Below, in pieces: positions 1-9,900 of a stretch of DNA of 64,000 nucleotides. The DNA is taken from contig JAYPFK010000034.1 of NCBI GenBank assembly GCA_038126235.1, positions 17,906 to 81,905 on the forward strand, in the 5' to 3' direction. A model generated the notes under the pieces. The model searched no databases and had not been told where the DNA came from. It saw only the letters and a program-made list of their open reading frames with translations. This DNA is from Verrucomicrobiales bacterium (GTDB lineage Bacteria > Verrucomicrobiota > Verrucomicrobiia > Limisphaerales > JAYPEY01). Each line of letters starts with the position of its first letter. Position 1 is the first letter of the stretch. The position numbers and the translations under genes are program-made.

Positions 1-260
1 TCCCGCATTTGGGCGACAACTGGCCGAAGGAACGGAACAACCCCGGCTACATTTCCGTGGTGGACCACGATTTCAAGGTTGTGGCCAACCTGGGCGGCGC
101 GACAGCCGAATACCGCGACGGGAAACTCCAGCGCATGCGGCACAACCAGCATGCCTTCTATCACCCGCACGGAATTCTCCTGGCGCGCGACGGCAGTCTT
201 TACGTTGTTCAGGATGCGTCGAACAACACGTGGCCGTTGAAGTTCCGGCCGCTGGAATAA
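1..260 (+). CDS. C-terminal fragment of a beta-propeller (NHL-like) repeat protein; the gene begins upstream of the window
   Basis: The open frame runs from the window edge with no upstream stop. The motif 'FYHPHGILLARDGSLYVVQD' resembles an NHL/beta-propeller blade. Stop at 258-260. Confidence 0.4.
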   Translation, partial: PHLGDNWPKERNNPGYISVVDHDFKVVANLGGATAEYRDGKLQRMRHNQHAFYHPHGILLARDGSLYVVQDASNNTWPLKFRPLE

Positions 261-323
261 GGCGGGACGGGGCCGGCGAAGGTCGGTTGCCGCAAGTCGA
301 AGGGGGGGGCGGAGCGGTCGGGC

Positions 324-785
324 TCAGATGCCCAGGTTGGACAGGATGTCACAGATCCGGCCGACTGCCTGCGTCAATTTCGGATGCGTCGATTCCAGCT
401 TGTCCACCGATTTGGCAAGGCCTTGCACCGAAAGGTCGAACAACTCCTGGTCTTTCTCTTCCCGCGTCGCCTCATTCGCCGAGGCTTCGGCAAAGGCGGC
501 GATGCTGCGGGCCCGCTTGTCGTCGGAGGCCGAAAGCTCATTGACCTCGTCCCTCAGTTCGGCCAGCAGGTCGAGCAGTTCCTGTTTGCGTTGCGCCTCG
601 AGGGGCTCGGCGCCGGCCAATTCGGCTTCCAGTTTGTCGATGGTGTCCCGGATCATGATGATTTCGCGGTCAGACCGCCGACCGCTGGCCAGAGCCTGCC
701 TTTGTCGGCGTCCTCGCTCAAGAGCGCTTTGCCCCAATTTACGCCTTTTCTTGTTTTCACGCCCGCTTGACACGCTCTCTGCCAA
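324..785 (-). CDS. Small coiled-coil hypothetical protein (DUF4404-like)
   Basis: 153-aa ORF with GC3 bias and helical E/K/L-rich composition. It sits divergent from acnA. Confidence 0.5.
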   Translation of the reverse strand: MAESVSSGRENKKRRKLGQSALERGRRQRQALASGRRSDREIIMIRDTIDKLEAELAGAEPLEAQRKQELLDLLAELRDEVNELSASDDKRARSIAAFAEASANEATREEKDQELFDLSVQGLAKSVDKLESTHPKLTQAVGRICDILSNLGI

Positions 786-842
786 TCCTCATTTTGTTCG
801 CTCCTTTTCGCCGGTTCACGGCCAAGGGATCACCACGATTTT

Positions 843-3572
843 ATGAGCGAAACACACAATCTCTTTGAGTCACGTCAGCAGTTCGACCTCGGCAACGGGG
901 AGCAGGGGGCCTTCTACTCGTTGCCGGCCCTGGAAAAGGCCGGTCTGGGCGCCATCTCCCGCCTGCCGGTTTCCATCCGGGTCGTCCTCGAATCCGTCCT
1001 GCGCAACGTGGACGGAATCAAGGTCTCTGAGGCCGATGTCCGCAATCTCGCGGCCTGGAACGCCAAGTCGCCGGCCAAGGAGGAGGTGCCCTTCACCGTC
1101 GCGCGCATCGTGCTGCAGGACTTTACCGGGGTGCCCCTGCTCGTGGACCTCGCCGCCATGCGCACCGCCGTGGACAAGCTTGGCCGCGATCCCCAGCTCA
1201 TCGAACCGCTCGTGCCGGTGGACCTGGTCGTGGACCACTCCGTGCAGGTGGACTTCGCCGGCTCCGCCGACTCTATGGCCCGCAACCTTGACCTCGAATT
1301 CACGCGCAACCGCGAGCGTTACGAATTCCTCAAATGGGGACAGCAGGCCTTCGAGACCTTCAGCGTCGTGCCGCCCGGCATCGGGATCGTCCACCAGGTG
1401 AACCTGGAATACCTCGCCAAGGGTGTGCTTTCGAAGGACGGCGTCTACTATCCCGACACGCTGGTCGGCACGGACTCCCACACGACCATGATCAACGGCC
1501 TGGGCGTCGTCGGCTGGGGCGTGGGCGGCATTGAGGCCGAGGCCGGCATGCTCGGCCAGCCCATCACCTTCCTGACCCCGGAGGTTGTCGGCGTGAATCT
1601 CACCGGAGCCCTGCGCGAAGGCGTGACGGCCACGGACCTCGCGCTGCACGTCACGCAGTTGCTGCGCAAGCACGGCGTGGTCGGCAAGTTCGTGGAATTC
1701 TACGGCGAGGGCGCGGCGGCGCTGCCCTTGGCCGACCGCGGCACCATTGCCAACATGGCCCCGGAATACGGCGCCACCATGGGCTTCTTCCCGGTCGATC
1801 AGGAGACCATCGACTTCATGGCCGCCACGGGTCGTAGCGAGGATGTCTGCAACGCCTTCAAGAACTACTTCGTCGCGCAGGGCATGTTCGGCATTCCGAA
1901 GAAGGGCGAGGTGGATTACTCGGTCGATATCGACCTGGACCTCGCGGAGATCCAGCCGAGCGTCGCCGGGCCGAAGCGTCCGCAGGACCGCATCGAGCTG
2001 CCGAACCTGAAGTCGCGTTTCAACCAGTTGTTCGAAACCGCGGCGAACGACGGCGGTTTCGGTCAGCCCGGAGCCGACCTTGCCGCCCGGCACGAGGCGA
2101 CCGTGGATTCGAAGGACGGCGTGAAGGACGGGATCGGACACGGCTCGGTCGTGATCGCCGCCATCACCAGCTGCACCAACACCTCCAATCCTTCGGTCAT
2201 GATCGCCGCCGGCCTGTTGGCGAAGAAGGCGAACGCGCGCGGCCTCAAGGTTCGCCCGTCGGTCAAGACCTCGCTGGCCCCCGGGTCGCGCGTCGTCACC
2301 GATTACCTGCAGAAGGCCGGGCTCGACAAGGAACTGGACCAGCTCGGCTTTCAGACCGTCGGTTACGGTTGCACCACCTGTATCGGGAACTCCGGTCCGC
2401 TGGACGCCGGCATCGAGTCGGTGATCGACGGGCAGAACCTCGTCGTCGCCTCCGTTCTCTCCGGCAACCGCAACTTCGAGGCGCGGGTGCATCAGAAGGT
2501 GCGCTCCAACTTCCTCATGTCGCCGCCGCTGGTCGTCGCCTTCGCAATCGCGGGCAACGTGGACACCGACCTTTCCACGGAACCGGTCGGGAAGGACGCG
2601 GACGGCAACGATGTCATGCTCAAGGATATCTGGCCGAGCCTCGACGAGATCCGCGACACGATGAAGTCCGCGCTGACGGCCGAGGCCTTCCAGCGGCTTT
2701 ACACGAACTTCTCGGAGCAGAATCCCAAGTGGAACGAGATCCCCGGCAAGACCGGCGCGGCCTACGATTGGGACGAGGACTCGACCTACATCCAGCATCC
2801 GCCGTTCTTCGAGGATTTCTCGATGGAGCCGCGCAAGATCGAGGAGATCAAGGGCGCGCGTCCGCTCGGCGTCTTCGGCGATTCCGTCACCACAGACCAC
2901 ATCTCTCCGGCCGGCGCGATCAAGGAGGATTCCCCCGCCGGCGCCTACCTGAAGGAGCGCGGCGTTGCCAAGTCCGACTTCAACAGCTACGGCTCGCGTC
3001 GCGGCAACGACCGCATCATGACGCGCGGCACCTTCGCCAACGTCCGCATCAAGAATCTCATGGTTCCCGGCACCGAGGGCGGCGTGACCAAGCATTACAA
3101 CGGCTCAGCGGAGGGCGAGGTCACCTCGATCTACGACGCTGCGCAGAAATACGCCGCCGAGGGAACGCCGCTGGTCGTGCTGGGCGGCGTCGACTACGGC
3201 ATGGGCAGCTCCCGCGACTGGGCCGCCAAGGGCACGCGCCTGCTCGGCGTCAGCGCCGTGGTGACCAAGAGTTTTGAGCGCATCCACCGGTCGAACCTCA
3301 TCGGCATGGGCGTCCTGCCGCTCAACTTCAAGAACCCGGACGACTACGACCGCCTCTCCCTCGACGGCTCCGAGACCTTCGACATCCTCGGACTGGGAGA
3401 CGACGTGCAGCCGCGCCAGGATGCCACGCTCGTTGTCCATCGCGCCGACGGCTCCAGCGAGGTGGTCCCCTTGGCGCTGCGGTTGGACACCCCGATCGAG
3501 GTGGAATACTACCGCGCTGGTGGCATCCTGCCCTACGTGCTGAAGGAGATCCTCCAGAAGGCGGACGGTTGA
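843..3572 (+). CDS. acnA: Aconitate hydratase A
   Basis: 909 aa with full-length similarity to AcnA, including the Fe-S cluster Cys region '[11 protein letters not shown]' and '[10 protein letters not shown]' and the C-terminal swivel domain. Confidence 0.95.
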   Translation: MSETHNLFESRQQFDLGNGEQGAFYSLPALEKAGLGAISRLPVSIRVVLESVLRNVDGIKVSEADVRNLAAWNAKSPAKEEVPFTVARIVLQDFTGVPLLVDLAAMRTAVDKLGRDPQLIEPLVPVDLVVDHSVQVDFAGSADSMARNLDLEFTRNRERYEFLKWGQQAFETFSVVPPGIGIVHQVNLEYLAKGVLSKDGVYYPDTLVGTDSHTTMINGLGVVGWGVGGIEAEAGMLGQPITFLTPEVVGVNLTGALREGVTATDLALHVTQLLRKHGVVGKFVEFYGEGAAALPLADRGTIANMAPEYGATMGFFPVDQETIDFMAATGRSEDVCNAFKNYFVAQGMFGIPKKGEVDYSVDIDLDLAEIQPSVAGPKRPQDRIELPNLKSRFNQLFETAANDGGFGQPGADLAARHEATVDSKDGVKDGIGHGSVVIAAITSCTNTSNPSVMIAAGLLAKKANARGLKVRPSVKTSLAPGSRVVTDYLQKAGLDKELDQLGFQTVGYGCTTCIGNSGPLDAGIESVIDGQNLVVASVLSGNRNFEARVHQKVRSNFLMSPPLVVAFAIAGNVDTDLSTEPVGKDADGNDVMLKDIWPSLDEIRDTMKSALTAEAFQRLYTNFSEQNPKWNEIPGKTGAAYDWDEDSTYIQHPPFFEDFSMEPRKIEEIKGARPLGVFGDSVTTDHISPAGAIKEDSPAGAYLKERGVAKSDFNSYGSRRGNDRIMTRGTFANVRIKNLMVPGTEGGVTKHYNGSAEGEVTSIYDAAQKYAAEGTPLVVLGGVDYGMGSSRDWAAKGTRLLGVSAVVTKSFERIHRSNLIGMGVLPLNFKNPDDYDRLSLDGSETFDILGLGDDVQPRQDATLVVHRADGSSEVVPLALRLDTPIEVEYYRAGGILPYVLKEILQKADG

Positions 3573-3606
3573 GCCCGGAGCCGATTTCGTCTACGGTGTC
3601 GTCACG

Positions 3607-3867
3607 ATGAAAGTGACCGTCGAAGTATCCTCTGAAACTGCCGAAAAGATCCAGGCCATGCCGGATCCGGGCAAGGTCGTGGAGGAAGCGATCCTCCTGA
3701 AGGAGCATCGAGATTGGCAACAGTCTCGGATGACCGCTCAGGTTCAGGGCATTCTCAGGGATGCCATGAGAGAAGCGGAATCGCTGGAGGACAGGACCCG
3801 ATCCCAATTGCTTGAGGAGTTCGACGAGGTTGTCAGCCGAATCTCCCGCCAGACATGCCAAAGCTGA
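3607..3867 (+). CDS. Putative ribbon-helix-helix type II antitoxin
   Basis: 86 aa. The N-terminal beta-strand plus helix ('MKVTVEVSSETAEKIQAM') is typical of RHH antitoxins. It overlaps a downstream PIN-like remnant. Confidence 0.4.
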   Translation: MKVTVEVSSETAEKIQAMPDPGKVVEEAILLKEHRDWQQSRMTAQVQGILRDAMREAESLEDRTRSQLLEEFDEVVSRISRQTCQS

Positions 3868-4142
3868 CGGCCGTTCCGGACACGAATGTCGTTGTCGCGG
3901 TTCACCGGAGTGTCTCGGCGAACCCCTTCACCGGGGCTCCCAATACGGATTGGCACAGGCCGACTTCCGGGGAGCACACGCGCCTGGCGCGCGCGCTCCC
4001 CGGAAGTCTTTCACCCCGCTGCGAATCCCCATGCCAAGTCTTCATTCCACTGAGAATTGAAAATGTTGAAGAACCGCCTTTGGGATTGCGCATGGCGCCC
4101 GCAGGGAGCCTCATCAGGAATTACTGCCAAACCAGCAAATGA
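3855..4142 (+). pseudogene. Decayed PIN-domain (VapC-like) toxin remnant
   Basis: It starts 'MPKLTAVPDTNVVVAV', matching the PIN N-terminal 'DTNV' acidic motif. The remainder lacks PIN helices and the catalytic E/D residues, and the ORF is only 95 aa. Confidence 0.3.
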
Positions 4143-5068
4143 AAACCAGACTCTCCATCCTGATCCTGTGCTTGGCCGTGTCGGTTGCGGCAGCGGGTGA
4201 CTCCGCGGAATCAAAGTCAATCCAGACCGGCAAGGGGCATCGCTTTGCCTGCACCGATTACTCGGGCAAGAAGGCCTTCATCGTCAACGAGGCGGGGAGG
4301 GTCGAATGGGAGTATGAGGCGGGTTCCTGCAACGACCTCTGGGTTCTGCCCAATGGCAACCTCCTCTTCAACACCGGGCACGGCGTGAAGGAGGTCACGA
4401 GAGAGAAACAGGTGGTGTTTGAATACCGGTCCGAAGGCGAGGTCTACGCCTGTCAGCGGCTTCCCAACGGAAACACCTTTGTCGGGGAATGCACCTTCGG
4501 CCGCCTCCTTGAGATCAAGCCCGATGGAACCATCGAGAAGACCATCAACCTCCTGCCGAAAGGCGCGAAGGGCAGCCATGCCTATATCCGGAACGCCCGG
4601 GTCCTGAAGAATGGCAACTTCCTGGTCTGCCACTATGGGGAGGGCCTCGTGAAGGAATACGATCCCGAAGGAAAAGTGATCAGGGAGTTTTCGGCGCCCA
4701 GCGGTCCGCACAGCGCCGCGCGTCTGCCGAACGGGAACACGCTGATCTCGGAAGGCGACCGGACGAAGGAACCGCGCATTCGGGAGGTGAATCCGAGCGG
4801 AAACACGGTCTGGTCAGTTGGGAAGAACGACCTGCCCGGCATTGAACTGAAGTTCATGGCGGGCTTTCAACGTCTGGCCAATGGGAACACGGTGATGTCC
4901 AACTGGGTCGGACACGGCCAGTTCGGCAAGGCTCCCCACCTCATCGAGGTCACCCGGGACAAGCAGGTGGTGTGGACCTTCCAGGACCACAAGACGATGA
5001 GGACGGTGTCCAGCGTCTGCATCTTGGATCAGGCGGGCGATGCTGTCGGGATTGGGGGCGTTCACTGA
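4139..5068 (+). CDS. Secreted beta-propeller repeat protein with five 'LPNGN' repeats; hypothetical
   Basis: Signal peptide 'MKTRLSILILCLAVSVAAAG'. It has five roughly 50-aa repeats each containing L(P/K/A)NGN. Confidence 0.6.
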   Translation: MKTRLSILILCLAVSVAAAGDSAESKSIQTGKGHRFACTDYSGKKAFIVNEAGRVEWEYEAGSCNDLWVLPNGNLLFNTGHGVKEVTREKQVVFEYRSEGEVYACQRLPNGNTFVGECTFGRLLEIKPDGTIEKTINLLPKGAKGSHAYIRNARVLKNGNFLVCHYGEGLVKEYDPEGKVIREFSAPSGPHSAARLPNGNTLISEGDRTKEPRIREVNPSGNTVWSVGKNDLPGIELKFMAGFQRLANGNTVMSNWVGHGQFGKAPHLIEVTRDKQVVWTFQDHKTMRTVSSVCILDQAGDAVGIGGVH

Positions 5069-5133
5069 TGCGTTTCGCTGAGGGGGACATTCCTTGGAAG
5101 GGATGGAGTTTCCGACTACGCGCCAGCGTCGTG

Positions 5134-5287
5134 GACTGCGGCGCCGCGCGCCGCTTTGCCGGGCATTGCTCGTGAAATGGTCTGAAACACCGCAGAACGC
5201 CTTGCGGAGAGCCGGACGGTCCGGGTTGGGGAGGGCGGTTGTCTGGAGTGTTCTGCACGCTGCAAAGCGGCGCGCGGCGCCGCAGTC
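5134..5287. repeat. Perfect 26-bp inverted repeat with a roughly 100-nt spacer between convergent genes
   Basis: 5134-5159 reads 'gactgcggcgccgcgcgccgctttgc'; its exact reverse complement lies at 5262-5287. Likely a bidirectional terminator or palindromic element. Confidence 0.6.
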
Positions 5288-5409
5288 TCCCGCAGACGCG
5301 GGACTGGCGCGTGCGACATGACTCCAGGATGCTCCGGAAGCCGCTCCCATCCGGCCGCCAATGTGTTCCTCGGTAAACGTCGAAGTGCTCCTTTCTTCAA
5401 CCAGTGACG

Positions 5410-6375
5410 CTATTCGGAAGCGTTCGCCGGGACCTCTTTGCGTCCGGGAATCAGCGTCGAATGCGCGACGATTGAATTGAGGAAGATGCGGCGGATCGCG
5501 TCGTATCCGCGGTCGTTCGGATCTTCGATGTTGCTGAAGAACCAATAGTGCGGATCGTCCGGCGCGTAGGTCGATCTCCAGAACTGGCGGCAATGGGAGC
5601 CGTGGCCCAGGAATGTCTCGCGCAGCGGAACGACGTGAACGTTGGAACGCGCCCGCGCGCATTGGGCGATCACTTCGTTGTATCTGGCGAGAATGACAGC
5701 CGCGTCTTCCCAACGGGGCAGGGAGACGCTCGGCGCGTCGCCGACTCCGTCAGTCGGATCGTAGATGTTGCACAGGAAGATTTCGCAACCGCCGGGGAAA
5801 CGGGCTTCGATCTTGTCGAGCATCCCGTCGAGGCGGGTTCGGAAGTCCTCGATCCAGGGTTTCGCCTGTTCGAGGGTGGCGCCATACATGGCTCCTTCCT
5901 TCGGCGGTGTCCTGCCGTAGTTGTGGATCAGGTCGTTTCCTCCCGTGGTCATGACCACCAGTCCAAACACCTCGGGATCGTGCCGCTGGAGTTTCGTGTC
6001 GATCACAGCGATATGATCCAGGGAGGTTGAACCGGAAACCGCCATGTTCGTGGCTTCCAGATGAGGGAGGACTTGGGAAAGGCAGAGGCCCCGCATCTCG
6101 GGATACTCGTCCTCCGGATTCCTGATCAGCCGGTTGAAGTAGGAATGGGCCGGCGAGTCGGCTCCAAAGCCCGCCGTGACGCTGTCCCCGATCCCGATCA
6201 ACCGGACGGGGCGTTGTGTCCACTCACGCGAGAAAGCTGTCCGATCGACCGGCGGTCCGGCCGGTCCGGCTCCGATCGGTCGGGCGACGAAATACCGCTG
6301 GTGGAAAAGGACTGCAAAGACCAACAGGACTCCGACGGTCAGGATCGCGGCGGCTCGCTTGTGTCGTGAGGTCAT
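5410..6375 (-). CDS. SGNH/GDSL-family hydrolase, membrane anchored
   Basis: N-terminal TM helix. The motifs 'GIGDSVTAGFG' (GDS block), 'TTGGNDL' (GGND block) and a C-terminal DxxH-like block are present. Confidence 0.75.
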   Translation of the reverse strand: MTSRHKRAAAILTVGVLLVFAVLFHQRYFVARPIGAGPAGPPVDRTAFSREWTQRPVRLIGIGDSVTAGFGADSPAHSYFNRLIRNPEDEYPEMRGLCLSQVLPHLEATNMAVSGSTSLDHIAVIDTKLQRHDPEVFGLVVMTTGGNDLIHNYGRTPPKEGAMYGATLEQAKPWIEDFRTRLDGMLDKIEARFPGGCEIFLCNIYDPTDGVGDAPSVSLPRWEDAAVILARYNEVIAQCARARSNVHVVPLRETFLGHGSHCRQFWRSTYAPDDPHYWFFSNIEDPNDRGYDAIRRIFLNSIVAHSTLIPGRKEVPANASE

Positions 6376-6481
6376 GCCTTGTTTGCGGAAGGAGGTTGTC
6401 GGATGTCTGGATCAGACGCTGAACCGGGGACTGGTGCAATCCGAAAGGAGGTTCTTCCCCTTCGTGCGTCCACCAGATACT

Positions 6482-6919
6482 TCATGCCGAACTGGATGGG
6501 GCGGAATCCAAGGGCCGGAACCAACCTGTTTCGGGACACGCCAGCAACCAGGCGACAAGTCCCTCGTTGTGCGGCTGCGGCTCACGTTCGAGCAGGTAAT
6601 GCCCGGTCTCGATGCGCTCGATCTCAAATTTCTGCCCGCTGGCGATGCGGTCGCGGTCGCGCAAAGGGGCCGGCAGCACGATCTGGCCCTTGCTGGAAAT
6701 GACGGTTTTCACAAAGGGGAGGATGTTGTCTGGGAGGTGTTCAGGCAAGCGGGAGGGCTCGCCAATCGAAGCCAGGTGACAGGCCGGGTTTTCCGCTTCG
6801 GCAGTTCGACCCTGGAATGACGCTCCCACAGAGCGCTGGAGCCTATTCTCAAGGGCTGTTTGCGAATTGATTTTCAGGCCCGCAAAAAGTTGAATCCAGC
6901 CGTTCTCGGTCATGCTCAC
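6482..6919 (-). CDS. AbrB/MazE/SpoVT-domain protein; true start uncertain
   Basis: The segment 'VISSKGQIVLPAPLRDRDRIASGQKFEIERIETGHYLLE' matches the SpoVT/AbrB swapped-hairpin domain. The N-terminal 65 aa of the ORF are featureless, and a GTG at 6710-6712 is an alternative start. Confidence 0.4.
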   Translation of the reverse strand: MSMTENGWIQLFAGLKINSQTALENRLQRSVGASFQGRTAEAENPACHLASIGEPSRLPEHLPDNILPFVKTVISSKGQIVLPAPLRDRDRIASGQKFEIERIETGHYLLEREPQPHNEGLVAWLLACPETGWFRPLDSAPSSSA

Positions 6920-6989
6920 AGTCGGAAGGAAGAGTCACACAAAAGGGCGCGACGACGGCTGGTTCCTCGCCGTCCGGCGAATCGTAGGC

Positions 6990-9900
6990 ATGTCGCTCTG
7001 CGCCGCTTCGCTGCTGTTGCTTACGGCGGTTGGCTCCTTTGCCTCCGGGACGCTGAATTTTCGGACCTACAATACGTTTCAAGGTCCGTTCGTCCACGAC
7101 ACGGACGGCTCCACCAGGCTGGGCGCGGACTTCAAGGGGCAGATCTACGCGGGGCCGGCGGCGGACCAGTTGAGCGCGGTCGGGCAGGCGGCGCAGTTCG
7201 GCACAGAGAACGGAACGCCCGACTCCCTGTTTCTCGGGGCCATCGTTTCCGTCGCTTCCGAGGTTGTCGTGCCTGCCGTTGGCGACAATGCCGTGGGGTT
7301 TTATCAGATCCGCGCGTGGGACGGGGCCTATGCGACATTCGAGGCGGCGCGGGCGTCGGTTGGCGCGAAGATCGGCATGTCCGATGTCGTGCAGGTCACG
7401 TTCGGTTCGGACGGCGGGGGCGGCTCTCCTTCGGTCGGCCCGGATGTCAACGGATTCCAGTCCTTTTCCCTGGCGGCATCGACGGCGGAACCGACGTATT
7501 ACGTCATCGCCGGTCCGTTGGAGGTGACGGCCGGATTCGATGCGGGCGATTCGGATGGGATCCGCGGTTCGGCGAGGTTCAATGTCCCTCGGGGCGTCGC
7601 CGTTGACTCGGCGGGGAACATCCTGGTGGCGGACAGCAACAACCGGAAGATCCGAAAGATCGACCGGGAGGGCGTTGTCACGACGGTGGCGGGAAGCGGT
7701 GAAGAGGGAGTGGCCGATCTCACGGGAACGGCGGCGAGTTTTGTCAATCCCAGCGGTGTCGCCGTGGATTCGGCGGGGAACATCTACGTCGCGGGCGGAA
7801 ACAGCCACAAGATACGGAAGATCAGTCCGGCGGGGGAGGTCTCAACCCTGGCGGGAACGGGCTCTCCCGGGGCCGATGACGGTCCGGGCGCGTCGGCGAG
7901 TTTCAACAGGCCGCACGATCTCGCCGTGGATTCAGGCGGCAATGTCTACGTGGCGGACCACGAAAATCACAAGATCAGGAAGATCACCCAGGCCGGGGAG
8001 GTGAGCACGCTCGCCGGATCTGGCGCCGCCGTCTTTGCCGACGGCCAGGGCGCGGCCGCCGGGTTCAAGAATCCCTACGGCTTGGACATCGACGCAGCCG
8101 GGAACATCTTTGTGGCCGACAGGTACAATCACCGAATCCGGAAGATAACGCCTGCCGGAGAGGTTTCGACGGTTGCCGGGTCGGGAGGTTTTGGCGTGGT
8201 GGACGGTCCGGCCGCGTCCGCGGAGTTCCGGCATCCGCTGGATGTCGCCATCGACGCGCGTGGAGCCATGTACGTGGCCGACGAGGCGGACAATCTGATC
8301 CGGAAGATCGGAGTCGATGGACAGGTGAGCACGCTGTTTGGAAGCGGCGCGACAGCGGGGATTCTCCAGGACCCCTTCGGGATCTCGGTGGACGGGGATG
8401 GAAACCTGGTGGTGGCGGACTCAGGCAACAGCCGGATCGTGGGAATCCTGGTGAACGACGTGGCACCCATCGTCGAGGGGTTGCCGGAGACGCGGACGGC
8501 GACGGAGGGGGAAAGCGTGAGTTGGAGCGTGACCGTGCACAGCCTTTCCACCCCGACATTTCAATGGTTCTCGAATTCCGTTGCGATCGCCGGCGCGGAC
8601 ACGGCCAGTCTCAACCTTGGGCCGGCGCGGTTGGACTGGGCGGCGGAGTATTCCGTGGTCGTGTCCAACGCTTCCGGCAGGCGGACGAATTCGGTTTCAC
8701 TGACCGTGACGCCGGACTCTGGCGGGCAGGGCGGGATCGACCATGATTTTTACGTCGCCGAGGGACTGCAAGGGGCGGTGAACGCGATCGCGATCCAACC
8801 GGACGGCAGGGTTCTCATCGGCGGTGTCTTCGGGAACTTCGACGGGGCGTCTCCCCCGGAGAGGGTCAACCTTGCGCGGTTGAACGAGGACGGCTCTCTG
8901 GATGCGACTTTCGCGGTCGTCGTCAACAACGCGGTCAATGCCATCGCCCTGCAGCCGGACGGCAGGATCGTGATCGGCGGCGATTTCACTTCTGTCGGAG
9001 GCGTGCCCAGGAACCGCGTGGCGCGGTTGAACGCCGACGGTTCGCTTGACGCCTTGTTTTTGAACGCGCCGGCCAGCGGCTTCAACGGCGAGGTGAATTC
9101 GGTTCTCGTGGACGGTTCCGGCCGGATCGTGGTCGGCGGCGCGTTCACTGCAATCAACGGTTACGGCCGGAACCGCGTGGCGCGGTTGAACGCGGACGGT
9201 TCGCTGGACACGTCGTTCGATCCGGGAACGGGCGCTGACGCCGTGATTCACGACATGGAAGAGCTTCTGGAGGGCGGTTTTCTCGCGGGGGGAGCCTTCA
9301 CTTCCTTCGACGGGAATCCATCCTTTCGACGACTTGTGCGGTTGGGTTCGGACGGGAGTCCCGATGCTGGTTTCCTGACCGCCATCAATGGAACCGCTGT
9401 TCACGATATCGAGGTTCAACCCGACGGCAGGATCGTGCTTGGCGGGGACTTCAATGTTGTCACCGCGGTTCCAGCAGGCGTTTCGGGAAAGCAGGCGGTC
9501 GGTTACTGGTTGAATCTCATCCGGCTGAATTCCGACGGCAGGCCGGATGCGACTTTCGATACTGGCGGCAACCCCTCCGCCGCGGTCCGCGCCGTCGATC
9601 TGCTTGCCGACGGCCGCCTGTTGATCGGCGGCGATTTCACGTCCTACGACGGGACGCCGCGCCTGCGCGTCGCGCGCGTCAACGCGGACGGTTCGCTGGA
9701 CGCTGGATTCGATCCTCCGGGGCATGGGGTGAACGACATGGTGAAGGCCGTGGCGCAGGATGGCGGGCGGACGGCCTACATCGGGGGAGCCTTCACCGGG
9801 TTCAACGACGGCCGGCAACTTCCGTATTTTGCCCGGCTTCACAGCGGCGCCGCGCCGACGATCACTGTGCAACCGCAGTCGGCGACTGTTGCCGAGGGCG

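Noticed and set aside
870-3095. 741-aa minus-strand ORF overlapping acnA
   Set aside because: It is antisense to an unambiguous aconitase gene, with the Arg/Gly/Ala-rich composition typical of high-GC shadow ORFs.
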